From Vicugna vicugna (lineage: Eukaryota): a stretch of DNA of 64,000 nucleotides. The stretch is taken from positions 504,523 to 568,522 of the forward strand of contig MU058815.1 in NCBI GenBank assembly GCA_013265495.1, given 5' to 3'. The notes beneath the pieces were generated by a model. That model was not told the DNA's origin, searched no databases, and worked only from the letters and a program-made list of their open reading frames with translations. Shown piece after piece: positions 12,721 through 24,995 of this stretch (position 1 is its first letter; the number at the start of each line of letters is the position of its first letter). The translations under genes and the position numbers were made by a program.

Positions 12721-14614
12721 AATTGCATTGTGGTGCAGACACAACTGTGCCAATTTTAAAACACAGAAAAAGCTGATTCTAATATTCTTCTGGAAGGGGG
12801 AAAAACGTGTAAGAATGGCTGAAAATACTTTGAACAAGAGAAAGGAGACTTGTCCTGCCAGATGCGGAAACGTACTAGGAACCAACAGCCGTTGTAAAGT
12901 TCTGATATTAACCAAGACAGCTCACCAAGCGGCTACGGAACCCTGGGAAGAGTCTGGAAGGGAAAGGATGGGCCTCTTACCATCCTGGAGGGGGGGCACC
13001 TTTTTTTTTTTTTGCAAGGCAACATTTCCAGGCCGTAATGGGAGAGACTGGCAGATCTGCTGGCATAAAACTTTGAACCCATCGTAGACAGAAAGATAAA
13101 CTCCAGAATGGAAAGAAAACAATACTTGTGGTATCGATGCCTGATACAAACATTTGCTGGTATCTTCTCCAAAGAAAGACTTTGCAAACTCTTGGGTCCG
13201 CATCACAGACATGTCTGCAGAGGCACGTGAAGTTAACACATTCCAGGACGTTCATGTCAGTATTGTTTGTCCTAGGAAAACAGTGAGAACCTTAAATGTC
13301 AACAGGAAGAAAACTTGGTCAAAAAATTGCACCACCTCCAAAGTACAGAATATTCTTGCACAAAGTGAAAGGAATGAGGCGCTGATATGGTAAAATGCTT
13401 ATGGTGAGTCAGAACAAGAGTCACGCCATTTTCCTGTTTTTATAAGCCTATTTGAACATGGATATATAGATAAAGAGGACTCATTCCTGGAAGAATTTTA
13501 AAACTGTGGAGAAGAGTTAGCCCAGGGGAGGGGAGAGGAATTGGGTGGAAATAGGATTTTCAAGTTGTATTCTTCTTGCTTCCGTATTGTTCAGACATTT
13601 AGTTTGAACATATAATCACGTGCATAATTTTGAAAGTGTAAACAAACAAAAAATGTAAACAATGAGGAAGCAAGGCTTCTGGTCCCCAGGGACGACGAAT
13701 AAGGACTTTGCGAGCCCATCTAAGCTGGGGAGTCAGACGAGCCAGGAGGCCACCCAGATACTAAGGGGACAGGAAACAGATGTCGGGGAACGGTGGGCCG
13801 TGCACTCACAAGTCTCCTTGGTGCTCAGCTATAAGCAGAGACTTTGGGTCGACTGCACAGGGCAAAGGAGGGTTTTCTCTTCACTTGAACAAAAGAAATC
13901 AAGAATGTGGACGAGACAGATGCGACAGCCGTAACGTGATCTATCACCCACGGCAGGTCTGGGGTCACGGAAGCGGCAGCTCGGCTCTGTTCTAACTGCC
14001 CAGCTCAGCAGCAGGCAGGATGTGCAGAGAGGCAGCTGAGATCATCCCAGAGGCAGCCTGCGGGGAGGCCTGGCCTCCAGACCTCAGCTGTTCGGAGCTT
14101 GTGAGCTGAGAAAAGGCTGAGTGCAAACGCAAGTCTTGCTTCCCTGGAAGGACCCGGAAACCCCACACCACACCACCCTTCCCCACCACCTCTTTCCCCT
14201 TCAGTGGCCTCAGGGCCTAAAGAAACGCACTCTGAATTTGAACAGAGGTCCCTCTTTTCAGCTCCCACCCCCAGGATGGGTGGGGCGGTCAGTTCCTCAG
14301 TTTTCTATCAGCCCCTGTGTGGGAGACGGAGGGGTAGGCTTGGAGTTGATTGCCAGGAGATACGGATTCTCAACAGAGCATCCAGGAAGCTGGTTCTAAG
14401 ACATGGGTGTGAATTAAGGGGCCAGAAATACTCCTTTTCCTGGAAGTCTTCAGTACTCGGGTAGCTTCCGTAAAGCAGCTGCAGGAACAATCATGGAGCT
14501 GAATGTCACATAAGCCACAAGCCCTCCCGGAGTGACTTCCTACTGGATCACGAAAGAGGTAAGAAGTCTGCGCTCCTGTGTGGAGTGCTTTTTGCCAACT
14601 CGTCTCAGTCACAT

Positions 14615-14790
14615 TGTTATCATCATCAGTAATAACTTGTATTTTGTACTTACTATACATCAGGTGCAGTTTCACGTATCTGCATGCATCTCACCTAATT
14701 CTCACAACGGCTCTGTGGGCTTGGGCACAGTTATTCCCATTCTGCAGATGGAGAAACTGAGGCACAGTCAGTTTAAGCCACCGTCCAGGC
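14615..14790 (-). mobile_element. MIR SINE
   Basis: Core 'ttattcccattctgcagatggagaaactgaggcacag'. Confidence 0.7.
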
Positions 14791-15050
14791 AGGTGGAGAT
14801 GCTGGTCCTTGCTAGGTGCCCTAACTCTGTGGCTTCCTCTAGGCTGTGCGTGGATCCCTCAGTGGCCTCCTCAGATGTCACAGGGTCTGTGGAATAAACG
14901 AGGTGGGGAGGACAAAGGGGCCCCATGGTGATGTGCAGCAGAGAGAATGCCTCAAGGAAAGTTCTCGGAAGCCACTGAGCAAGGGAGGGATGGCATGGGG
15001 TTCTGGGGGACAGAGACACCCTGCAAATAAGCAGCAATAAATAGTTGGGG

Positions 15051-15150
15051 GTGGGGAGGGAAATAGCTCAGGGGTAGAGCGCATGCTTAGCACGCAGGAG
15101 GTCCTGGGTTCTATCCCCAGTACCTCCAGTGGGAAAAAAAATTAAGAAAA
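15051..15150 (+). mobile_element. tRNA-Ala-derived SINE, short form
   Basis: tagctcaggggtagagcgcatgcttagcacgc...gggttctatccccagtacctcca followed directly by an A tail. Confidence 0.85.
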
Positions 15151-15699
15151 CAGACTGTAAGATAAAATTTTTTAAAAAGTCAGGGGTATGGAACCCAATA
15201 TCTGAAGCTTTCTTGCTTGCGCACTTTCATCCATACAGCGTGAGAGAGAGAAGGGCCTTGACACGCTTCGCCTGGGAAAGGTGTGCACGGATAGTTCTTT
15301 CTCAGGGATGGAAATCTGTCTGGAGCCAAGGAGAACTTTCCAGCTTGGCCTGGGAAACACTAGGAGAGCAGGAGTATTCAAGATACTTCAAATATAGTCC
15401 TTGAGCCCAAACTTTCGTTTCACAGGTAAGAACTTGTTCAGTGAGGGGTGGGGTCTTGTCCAGGGACGCACAGCTATTGGGTAGATGAGCCAGGACCAGT
15501 CCCGGGTGTTTCCGGATTTGCCTGGAGCTGCCTCCTGCTCTCAGTTGTGGCATCCTGTCCTCTGGTGCTGAGACCGCCACCTCGTCCGCATCATAGGCTT
15601 GCAAACGTTCATCACGGACAACACAGGTTAAGAAATCCTCTGCTGTAATGACTGAAAGAAAGCTAGTTCATCACTAGCTGTGTTCATTAGCCAAGATTC

Positions 15700-16720
15700 A
15701 TACTGGATTCAATGGTTTTCAGTATGTTGAGTTGTGCAACCATCACCCCAATCCCGTTTCAAACATCTCCATCACCCAGAAAGGTGCCCTGTGCTGGCCT
15801 CCTTCCGTCCATCCCATTCTTGTCCCCAGCTGCAGGCAACCACTAACCTATTTCCTTTCTAGATTTGCTTTTACTGGACATTGACTATATATGGAATCAC
15901 ATAATACATGGTCATTTTCATCTGGTTTCTTCATTTACCAAAATTTTTTCTTTTTGAGATTCGTCTATATTGTAACATGTGTCAGTAGTTCCTTTTTATT
16001 GCTGAATTGTATTCCATTGTATGAATCTGCCACATTTTGTTTACTCATTCATCCCCTGGCAGACATTTGGAATGATTTGTTTTTGGCTATCACGAATAAT
16101 ACTATGAATACTTCTGTTCAAATTTTTTGCATGAACGTATGTTTTTATTTCTTGGGAGTGGACTGCTGGCCCATATGGCAAATTCGTATTAACTTGTTAA
16201 GAAATTGCCAAATTGTTTCCTGAAGTAGTTGTACCATTTTACCTTCCCACCAGCAATGTATGAGGTTTCCAGTTTTTCCAGATCTCGCCAATTATTTGGT
16301 ATTAGCTGTTTGATTACAGTCATTCTAGTGGGTGTGTAGTGGTATCTCTTTGTAGTTTTAATTTGCATTTCTCTGATGATTAATGATGATGAAATGTTTC
16401 CATGAGTTTAGACATCTGAGTATCTCAGCAAAATGTTGTCTTGCACCATTTTTAAATTATGTTTTTTGATTTTTATTTTTGAGTTGTGTTCTTTATATAT
16501 ACAAGTACACATCTTTTATTATGTATGATTGGCAAATATCTTCTCACAGTCTGTGGCTTTTCATTTCTTTCATGGTGTCTTTTGATGAGCAAACATTTTA
16601 ATGATGCTTAACTTATTAATTTCTTCTTTTATGGTTTATGCTTTTGGTATATATACGTATGTTTGCCTACCCAAAGATTTGAAATACTTTCCCCTACCAG
16701 TTTTGGCTTTATATTTGGGC
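15700..16720 (-). mobile_element. Old L1 3' region (ORF2 end plus 3'UTR)
   Basis: 'ttgtaccattttaccttcccaccagcaatgtatgag', 'gtttta atttgcatttctctgatga' and similar L1 hallmarks; T-rich plus strand. Confidence 0.8.
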
Positions 16721-17508
16721 CCATGGCCCACCTGTCCTAACCTGCCTCAAAGCCCCACTTGTCCTGAGCTGGAACCTCCTGCAGACAACAGAAAGGGAGC
16801 AGTCGTGTGGCTTCCTGCCTCCCGGGGAGCCACTGCTGAGTGGAAACAGGCTCCAAATGGTTTCCACGCTGCTCACCGGGCCACTGCCTCCCTAAACACT
16901 GCATCACTGACAGAGCATTTCGGAACCCTTCTAGAACAGAAACTTGTCACCTGCTTCAGATCTGAGATGGTTGTTGGTTCTCAACATTTTGCTTGTTTTA
17001 TACAAATTCATTGGTTTCTAGTAGATATTTTTTATGGTGTATATTACTGGATTGGGTTAAAACTATAGAGTGACTACAAAGTCTTTACTTTTGGTTCATG
17101 TGGACGATGTGTTTCAAGGAGTGATATTAAATGATATGTGTTGCTCCACCATCTTTTCCAGGAACTTCCAGTCATTTTTTAAAAGTAGCAATAAACATCT
17201 AGATACTGCAATTTTGACTCAGAAAGAATTATAAAAGTATCTGAAAAGTTACAATCCTTATCTGCTTATAAAAATAATAGGTCTAGTATTTTTACAGTCG
17301 TAAGTGGCCATGGCCATGGCTCAAATCAGTGGGAACCAAGGAATTCAGATACTATACAAAGAAGAAAGGCACCAAGGAATTAAATTAGTATTTTCCGAAC
17401 AACACCTCCCTCCAACACAGTACTACCCTAGGTCTGTGGAATTTAAAATCAAGACTCTTCTGTCGAACACACTGCATGTGCAAACAGACTGATTATCAGG
17501 AATGTAGG

Positions 17509-17514
17509 TTTATT
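17509..17514 (-). terminator. Likely distal polyadenylation signal AATAAA (alternative hexamers at 17719-17724 and 17855-17860)
   Basis: TTTATT on the plus strand; on the minus strand it is followed about 25-50 nt later by GU-rich tracts (gtctgtttg, gtgtgtt). Confidence 0.65.
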
Positions 17515-18133
17515 TCATTAAAAAACAAAACAGATTCATCCCCCAAAGAGCACTGGATTCTTTAAAGCAGCAGCAATCACAAGGCACATACGTACAAAAT
17601 ACCTCAAGCAAAATAGAAACTAAACATTAAAAAATATATGTTATTTAAAAAGATGTTGAAGACCATTTGTTAATATGAACATAGATTATAAAAATGACCT
17701 TTTCTTTTTCTTTACAATTTTATTTCTTTACCTTTAATAACAGAAGGAATACCAGTGTAACATTTGTCTGCTGTCTCATGGCACATGTCACACACATTTA
17801 TACCACCTAACCTGGTTTGCTACCAAAAAAACAGCTAAAGCACAGCTTAAAAATTTTATTTTTAGTGCTTTCACATCTTTTGTAGATATCTGGAATTTCA
17901 TAAGCTGAACAGAAATAAAGATCTCGTTTTTCCTCAGCTTAGAAAAAGCCTGTAGTTGTGTGTCCCTAAGCAAACCCACTACACAAAAAAACAGTACGTT
18001 CAAGATATTGTGAACTATCGAGGACACGGTTTCTGTTTTGGGATCGTTACAATAACCCTCTTCCAAAACCAGAAGTCAACACATAATAAATGTAAAGGTC
18101 ATTATATTAAAATAAAGTAGTATTTGATTTACA

Positions 18134-18141
18134 TTATTGCT
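18134..18141 (-). promoter_or_regulatory. miR-137 8mer seed match (AGCAATAA) in the 3'UTR
   Basis: Plus-strand TTATTGCT equals the first 8 nt of miR-137-3p (UUAUUGCU). Confidence 0.55.
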
Positions 18142-18823
18142 CACTTAGGAAGTAAACCAACCGTCCTCCGGTCAGGGTGCTAGGACTCACTGCGACAAAC
18201 GGTGTAACATCAGTATTTAGTGCGTATAAAAATTCCAGGAGTCAAATATATTATAATGAAAGTCTATAATCATCACACAAAAAGTGTTCCTTTATATATT
18301 AGCCACCGCTGAGCTTCACGAGACGAGGACTGAACGAGGTGTGGCTGAATTAGACCTTGAAACAAAAGAACACACTTTGTTTCATACACGCTGAAGCGCC
18401 TGTAAGCCTTCGCGTCGTGGACAGGCTTCTGTGAAATATTATGGAGTGCTTACACCATCTGTGCTACCAGAAGGGGAAGAAGATTAACTGATGCTCCGCT
18501 TCTTAAACAATGACAACAAAAGCACGAATATAAAACGCTAGTGCTAGTAAACCATTTAAACAGTACTGAATGCACAGTTTAAACCTCAGCGGTATGCTGT
18601 CATCAGTTTTCCTCTTAAAAAAAAAATCAGTTCTTGGGCTTTTAGATGGGTTTCTTTGAAAAAGTAACCAGCACCCCTCTTGGGGTCCTACCACGAGCTG
18701 GCACCCACGCCATCCAGCGACACCCCGTGCAGCGCCCGCAGGCCCCCTTCCGGCTCGCTCCGCAGGGACGCCGGGGCCGGTCTGCGCGGCAGGTGGCGGG
18801 CGGCTGCCGGGCCCCGGCGCGGA

Positions 18824-18917
18824 CTACAGCAGCACGCTCTGGGCCACCGCACTGATGGTGGCCGCGGCGTTCTCCAGCTCCTCTTCCGTCTGTTCCACCG
18901 TGACAACCACCCTAATG
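18824..18917 (-). CDS. SPTLC1: SPTLC1 exon 15 coding part (94 nt including stop) [30 protein letters not shown]
   Basis: ctctcag|C ATT AGG ... CTG CTG TAG; stop at 18826-18824. Confidence 0.97.
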
Positions 18918-20030
18918 CTGAGAGGGGATAAGGGACACACACAAAAGTACTGTCAAATGAGAGTCTGTATCAAGGGCCAGTTCACTACGTGCTGTTGTGA
19001 ATCGAGCTCCGCTGTTACGCGGCCCCCTGTCCCCGCCGCTCTCTCACCGCTACGGGACGGCCCAGCACTTGCGGCGGGGACCTGCTGTCCCGCGAGCCCA
19101 CAGCATGTGCCACCTGGCCACTGCCCGAGCCTGCCGTTCCCCGCCTGGACTGCTAGCGAGCTCGTCCAAGTCACCTGCAGCAGGGCTCTGCTCAGGGACG
19201 GCAGGGAACCCTGTCCTTTAAATGATCCACCGCTGCAAGCGGTGCCAGGCCCAACGCAGGGGTTCAGCGTTTCTCAAGTTAACGAGGGCACGGCCGTTCA
19301 TCACTGGAATTCAGTAAGTCACACGGAAGTTCTACACTACTGTGATGCAAGGCAGAAACTTTCAAGTTTTTTTTGGAAACTGAAGACAAGAAACACCAGC
19401 TTGACAGGGCAATGCTGCCTCTGCCCCTCTCACTCCCCTCTGCAAACATCCACACTGTCCACTGGACACACAGTCACTGAGTCACTCCTGGGCGTGGAGT
19501 CCCAAGGGCACAAAACGAGGGCGGCCCCTGTCCCTGTGAAACACAGGACACAACTTCGGGTGGATGCAATCAGAACTGAGAGAGCAGGATCTTTAGGGCA
19601 CTTCCGAGCTGTTGCCAGAGTGCTCTTCCAGGCCCCAGCCTGGCGGTCCACGCCTGCATGGCACTGACTCCGACTCCGTGTGCTCCCCTGGGTCTTCCCT
19701 GGCCTCCGTCTCCCTGGTGCTCGCACCTGTGCTCCGGGCCCCCCAGATGCACCCAGAGGTCTCCACATCACTGCAGACCCTGCTGGAGGGCCCGACTGCC
19801 CACCCAGCTTGGCCTGTTGGACCCACTCGATTTTCCATGCTCAGCTCAAGCATCACCTGCTGCCGGAAGCCTGAGTCCCTCCCAGGCCAGAACTAACCAC
19901 ACCCTCCTCCTCTGTGACCTCCTGGCCCTGTGTCGCGACCCTGAACACTCATGCTCTGGGTATCTACCTCCTTCGACTACACCGTAAGTGCTTTGGGGCC
20001 GAATCAAAGTTCTGTTGAGTAAACACCAAT

Positions 20031-20178
20031 TTTATGATCTATTTATCCATCTGTCTGTCTGTCTATTTTTGTTGGGGGGGGAGGTAATTAGGTTTATTCA
20101 TTTTTAGACAAGGGACCGGGGACTGAACCCCAGACCTCGTGCATGCTGAGCATGTGCTCTACCACCTGAGCTACCCCG
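20031..20178 (-). mobile_element. tRNA-Ala-derived SINE in intron 14
   Basis: Head and tail as in the other copies; flanking direct repeat AACACCAAT at 20022-20030 and 20179-20187. Confidence 0.85.
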
Positions 20179-20675
20179 AACACCAATGTTGAATCATGCG
20201 TCGAGGCACCGTCTCACGGCTGGGGGCTGAACCTCCCTACATTTCCCCCACCATCACTTTGCTTTTCCTCGGGTGTTTAACAAGCCTTTGCCAGATGAAG
20301 ACTGCACAGCGCCTGGGCCGGGACACCGTGCCCCCCCGCAGGACGCGGGACCGCCCGCGTGGAGCGGACGGCTGGCACGGCCCTGCAGCGTGGCGCAGCT
20401 GTGGGGCCTGGCCTGGGGGAGCCCGGGCTGTCCCGGCTTGTCGCGGGGAACCTCAGCTCTTCCTTAAGTTCACCGGCGGGGTGCGCAGTCCTGAGGGGCT
20501 TTTCAGTTCAAACTGGAAAACGCCCAGTTTAAGCACAGAAACAGGTTTCTCTACCTTTTAAAGATACACATTCTTCCTTCCCCTGTGATAGTCTTCCAAC
20601 AAAATTTCAAAACGTAATATATTTCATACAGACTTGAAAGCAGAAAACAGCAACTCAGGTCACATTTTAACCAAC

Positions 20676-20749
20676 CTCGGAGGCGGGAGGTGCTTCTCTT
20701 CTTTCTCCAAGTAGCGTGCCTGAGTTAGCGCGACGCCTCTGTCCATGCA
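20676..20749 (-). CDS. SPTLC1: SPTLC1 exon 14 (74 nt) [24 protein letters not shown](S)
   Basis: cttccag|TGC ... CCG AG|gttggt. Confidence 0.96.
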
Positions 20750-20908
20750 CTGGAAGAAGAAAAGGAATGTGCTCACACCCTGCGTGGCAGACGCCGGCAG
20801 TTACAACGGGAAGGGACGCTGAGGTGCTACCCTCAGTGGTAGCTTTAACTCACTTGTCCAGTCGTAACTGCCGGAAGGCAGAACAAAATGCCACAAGATC
20901 ATCTCGAG

Positions 20909-21050
20909 CAGCACTGTTCTCTAGAACTTTCTGCGTGGCGGAGGCGTTCACTCGGCGCTGTCCAGCACTGCAGCCGGGACCCGAGAGGCCCTCGGGCCCC
21001 CTGAGATATGGCTGGTGCACCACGATGCTGGCCTTTCAGTCTGACTTACA
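20909..21050 (+). mobile_element. Degenerate MER3-like hAT-Charlie MITE fragment
   Basis: 'cagcactgttctctagaactttctgcg...gcgctgtccagcactgcagcc' aligns to the reverse complement of the 63124-63323 copy. Confidence 0.5.
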
Positions 21051-21899
21051 GTCATGGGTAACGAGTGGTTACCCTCTTAGGCAAGGCAGACTCAGGACAA
21101 GGGCAAGCAGCACCAGCCAAGCCTGCAGGCTGACCCAGAGCCGGGCGTCTAACGCCGGAGGAATCGTTTCGGAGAGAAACTGCTCCCACGTCAGGCATCT
21201 GCAGGGCATCTGACTCCCGGGGGCTGCACCCGGGCCTGCTGCTACCAGGCACAGAAGAGTCTGGTGGCACTTTTGCTCAGCTTTCCCATATATGAGCCAC
21301 CTGTCAACGTTTTTAAAAAGTTAAAAACATTCACTGTCAAAACAGAGAAGGCATCAAGTTAGACCAAGGGGATGGTTTACGCAAGTTTCTTTGGGGTGTG
21401 AAATGGTCTGGAATTAGACTGTAGACTCCTTGAGAGGCTTACTAAAACCACTCAGGTGGAGACTCTAAAAGAGTGAACTTCATGGTATGTGAATGGTACT
21501 AAGAGCCCCAAAAACTCCCCAAACCCAGCGTAGAGCAGCGCAGGCATTTGCCTGAAGAGGGGCCACTCTGGAAGCCGCATGGCAGGAAAAGGTGGGAACC
21601 ACCACCAGGCAACGGCTTTTGCTGACCGTAGACTCTGGAAGTGTCCCTGGGAATGCTAATTCCTTCTGAAAACGTCTGGACGGGCTGTTTCTAGTCTTGG
21701 CAGCCAGGAACAGAAACCACAGCTCAGTTGTGAAGACGGTTGTTTCATAGAGCAACTCAGCAAACACTTGGCAAAACCTCTCAGTCTCACAAAGCTTAAA
21801 CTAAACAAGAGCAACGGGGCCATGATTCTTTTTTTCTCCTTCGAATACCGAAAAGAAAGAGCAAAGAGGAAAGGACAGAAAGCCTCGAAGGCGGAAGCC

Positions 21900-23150
21900 G
21901 TGACGATGCAAGGAACCCGTGAGGCCCCTGTTCTCCCTTCCTATTCGGGGAGTGTCCTGTTCCCGCCCCGAGGGGTCCCCCTCATCCGACCCCCAAGACG
22001 GCTTCCCGAAGGCAGCCGGTCCCGAGCGCGCCCCAGAGACGTCTCTTTGGGACCGTGGGCCACCCACAGACTCTCCCACTCTCCCCTTTCGTCCTGAGGC
22101 CAATCCCCGAAGCGCAGGCTCCAGCCCCTTCCTCGCACGGCCCCTGCTCGGTCCCCCCCGGAGCAGAGCGGCAGGAAGGGCGCGCTGCTGCCCCCCGCGG
22201 AGAGGAGAGCAGGCGCCCCGGCGCCCAGAGACACGAGGGGCGTGCAGACCGGAGGGCGCGCGGGGGGGGGGGCTCGGGGAGGCCGAGGGCATCACCACGG
22301 ACACCGAGGGGGGCACGCTCTGCCGCGGTCGGCACCGGCCACGCCACCCGGCAGCTCAGTTCAGGAAACAAACGCAGCCGCCACGCGAACGCGTGTCACG
22401 CGCCTTTCGCTAGGCCTGCCCGTTGGGCCTGTATTTAACTTATGAATCTGCCTTGGTGTCACGCTGTGTGAGAGCCCTAATGACAAGCACGCTATGCTTC
22501 GTCTTGTATCTGTTCACACTGAAGCGGAATCACAGAAACATCGAGGCAGTGGAAGAGGTCTGTGGGGCGCCTTGCCCTTTAAGAATCTGTCTCTTTTCGT
22601 GTCCGCAGAGCTGTACCTGAGGGGACACCTGTGACACTAAGCAAGGCCAGAGTCACTCGGGCCTGATCACTCGGGACCCGACACGTTTCCTCAATTAGGA
22701 ATCTCAGATTCTGGGTTGGCTTTATTTTTTTATTTTTTATTGTAAGACAGCTGGCTCCAGAAGGCCACAGCTGTGAGCGGCTCTCTGTGAACAGACCGCT
22801 GCAGGTGACGTGGCTCGCACACCGCAGGACACGGGACGGTGCAGCGAGCCGTGAAGGCAGAGGCTGGCTTCGCACCCCCGTCTCCACGCGGAGGGGCCAA
22901 GTGCCTGACCTCACTGTGCCGCAGCCGGGCGAAGGCGGCAGGATCACTGTCACCCTGACCCCTGGCGGCACGCACTCGGGGCAGGAGCCTCCGGAAGGAA
23001 TCATCAGGACAAGGAAGCAGAATGAAGCCTGTGTTCATTCTCACATACAAACGGCGTGTATGTCAGATTCAAGCGAGAGGCGGGCACGCGCGCCCCGTGC
23101 TGCAGGGCCACCTGACAGCCCCTCACAAGGGGGAGAGTGAGGGCAGAGGA
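21900..23150. promoter_or_regulatory. Intragenic CpG-island-like region in intron 13
   Basis: Visibly very GC- and CpG-dense (core about 22100-22420), with no recognisable repeat or exon. Confidence 0.6.
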
Positions 23151-23773
23151 CCTGGGGGAGCGCAGCAGGAAAGGGCAAGTGACCTTCCCCAGTGACGCGT
23201 TTCTTAGTTAATAACTAAGGTACAGTTAGTAGTAAAGTGACTTTCAGAAGGTAAAGACATTTAAATCAGCCTCCCAAGTCAGGCATGGTAACGAAGTGGC
23301 TTTTCTTTCTTCTTTCCTGGTGGCAAGAGTATTGTGACCTGTTCCGAGCTAGGCTGAGGGTTCAGCCCCAGGCAGCCAGCTGTCCAGTGCTGCGTGTGAC
23401 CGCCGCACACAACGCCGTCCCGCCTGCACGTATAGAAGCCTGGCTCTCTACGTGGTGAGCAAGGGGGTTTTCTGGAAGACTGATGATTCAGAGTGGAAGC
23501 GGGCTGTGGCACAGAACATAGCTTCAGTGTGAGCTGACAACTGACCCAATGGGATAATCTGCAGCCGGTCAGCAGAGGTGTGCCCGGGGCAGGGACACAT
23601 GCCGGGGAGGCTGGGCGTTAGAACAACTCCATGTCACCAGAGGGGCGACCAGCAACCTCCGTTATACCCCATCTCCTGGGGCAAAGAGACGGTTCTTAAA
23701 ACTGACACTAAAAACCGCCTGGGTTCAGGGCAGAAGGATCTGAGGCAATTCACAGGAGTGACTGGATACTTAC

Positions 23774-23891
23774 TTGGTTGACAATTTCCTGAAGTAGCTT
23801 AACATCTTCTTCTCGAGACCCAGTGCTCTCTTCCAGCTGGAGGTGAAATGCTGGCGAGATGGACTCCCCCACCACCTTTAATCCAGGGATG
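23774..23891 (-). CDS. SPTLC1: SPTLC1 exon 13 (118 nt) [39 protein letters not shown]
   Basis: gttccag|C ATC ... CAA|gtaagt. Confidence 0.96.
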
Positions 23892-24811
23892 CTGGAACAG
23901 GGAACACACGCACAAGCCTAAGTCCAGCCCAGCCCAGACTTCTCGCATGTAAATGATTTTAAAATAAAGCCTGCATTAATGAATGTAGGAGGAACTCGGG
24001 GCTTCAGTGGGAACCAGCATGTGGTGGAACTCCAAGTCAGAAGCAGCCAGGGAAACATGCCTGCTCTGGGCGGCGCTTCCGAGTCCAGGCCCCTGTGGGG
24101 CTGCTTCTGGGAGCTTGGTGCCACGAGCCAGCGGACACGAGGGCTCCCGTTTCCCGTCGTCCCCAGCCTCCCCCTAGGAGGTCCACGGGCCTCACCCAGC
24201 TTGGCTGGGGTGGCCCCTCCTCACACGGTCCCTCGCAGTCCCACTGGACCCTGCGCCTTGGCCCCGTCGCCTCCTCTCCTCATCCACTCTCTCCCGTTTT
24301 CCCACTGCTCCACGCGTGCTCCCAGCCCCAGGGTCACTGCCCGGGGGCCTCCCTCATCACCCATTTTAGGGAAGCCTCTGCACCACCGTTTTCTGTTACT
24401 CTGTTTCCTTCAAGGACTTATTCTAATTGATAAGGCTGCTCCTTGCTAATTATCTAAATATTTAGTTTGCATCTTGTCATTCATGGAATTACAGGGATGA
24501 TTTCTGACATTAAAATTTTATATCATGACCACCAGCAATATATTTTGATTGTAAAGCTGCATTCTTCTTTGCATGTTACATTTTCACTTTTACTTAAATT
24601 ATTATTTTCTCCTTTCTTAGGGAGGGGGAGAGATTCTTTGGGGGTGAAATCCTGTATTTCCAAATGTTTATTACAGACGTCATGAGAAATACAGGCCATG
24701 TTATTTAAGCAGGTTCATTTAAAGTCCATTTTTATCCTATAATAAAAATATGGCTGGATTTTTGGACCTATCGCCTAGGACAGAAATGTCTATTTGATAT
24801 TGGACTAAATA

Positions 24812-24995
24812 TTTTATTTATTTATTTATTTATTTTAATCTTATTTTATTTCATTTGTTTTTTATATTGAAGTACAGTCGGTTACAATATGTCAATGTCT
24901 GGTGCCCAGCACAATGTCCCCGTCATACATACACACACATATATTTGTTTTCATACTGTTTTTCATTAAAGGTTATTGCAAGATACTGAATACAG
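24812..24995 (-). mobile_element. Short L1 3'-end fragment with (AAAT)n tail, sense to SPTLC1, in intron 12
   Basis: 'attgaagtacagtcggttacaat...cagcacaatgtc...ttttcat' is shared with 1695-1830. Confidence 0.7.

Larger units (their letters stand above)
17490..18823 (-). other. SPTLC1: SPTLC1 3'UTR (about 1.3 kb; end approximate)
   Basis: Non-repetitive sequence after the stop codon, GC-rich proximally and AU-rich distally, with several AATAAA hexamers on the minus strand. Confidence 0.7.

Noticed and set aside
18855..19667. 270-aa plus-strand ORF antisense to the last SPTLC1 exon
   Set aside because: Shadow of GC-rich exon 15 and intron 14; no homology I can recognise.
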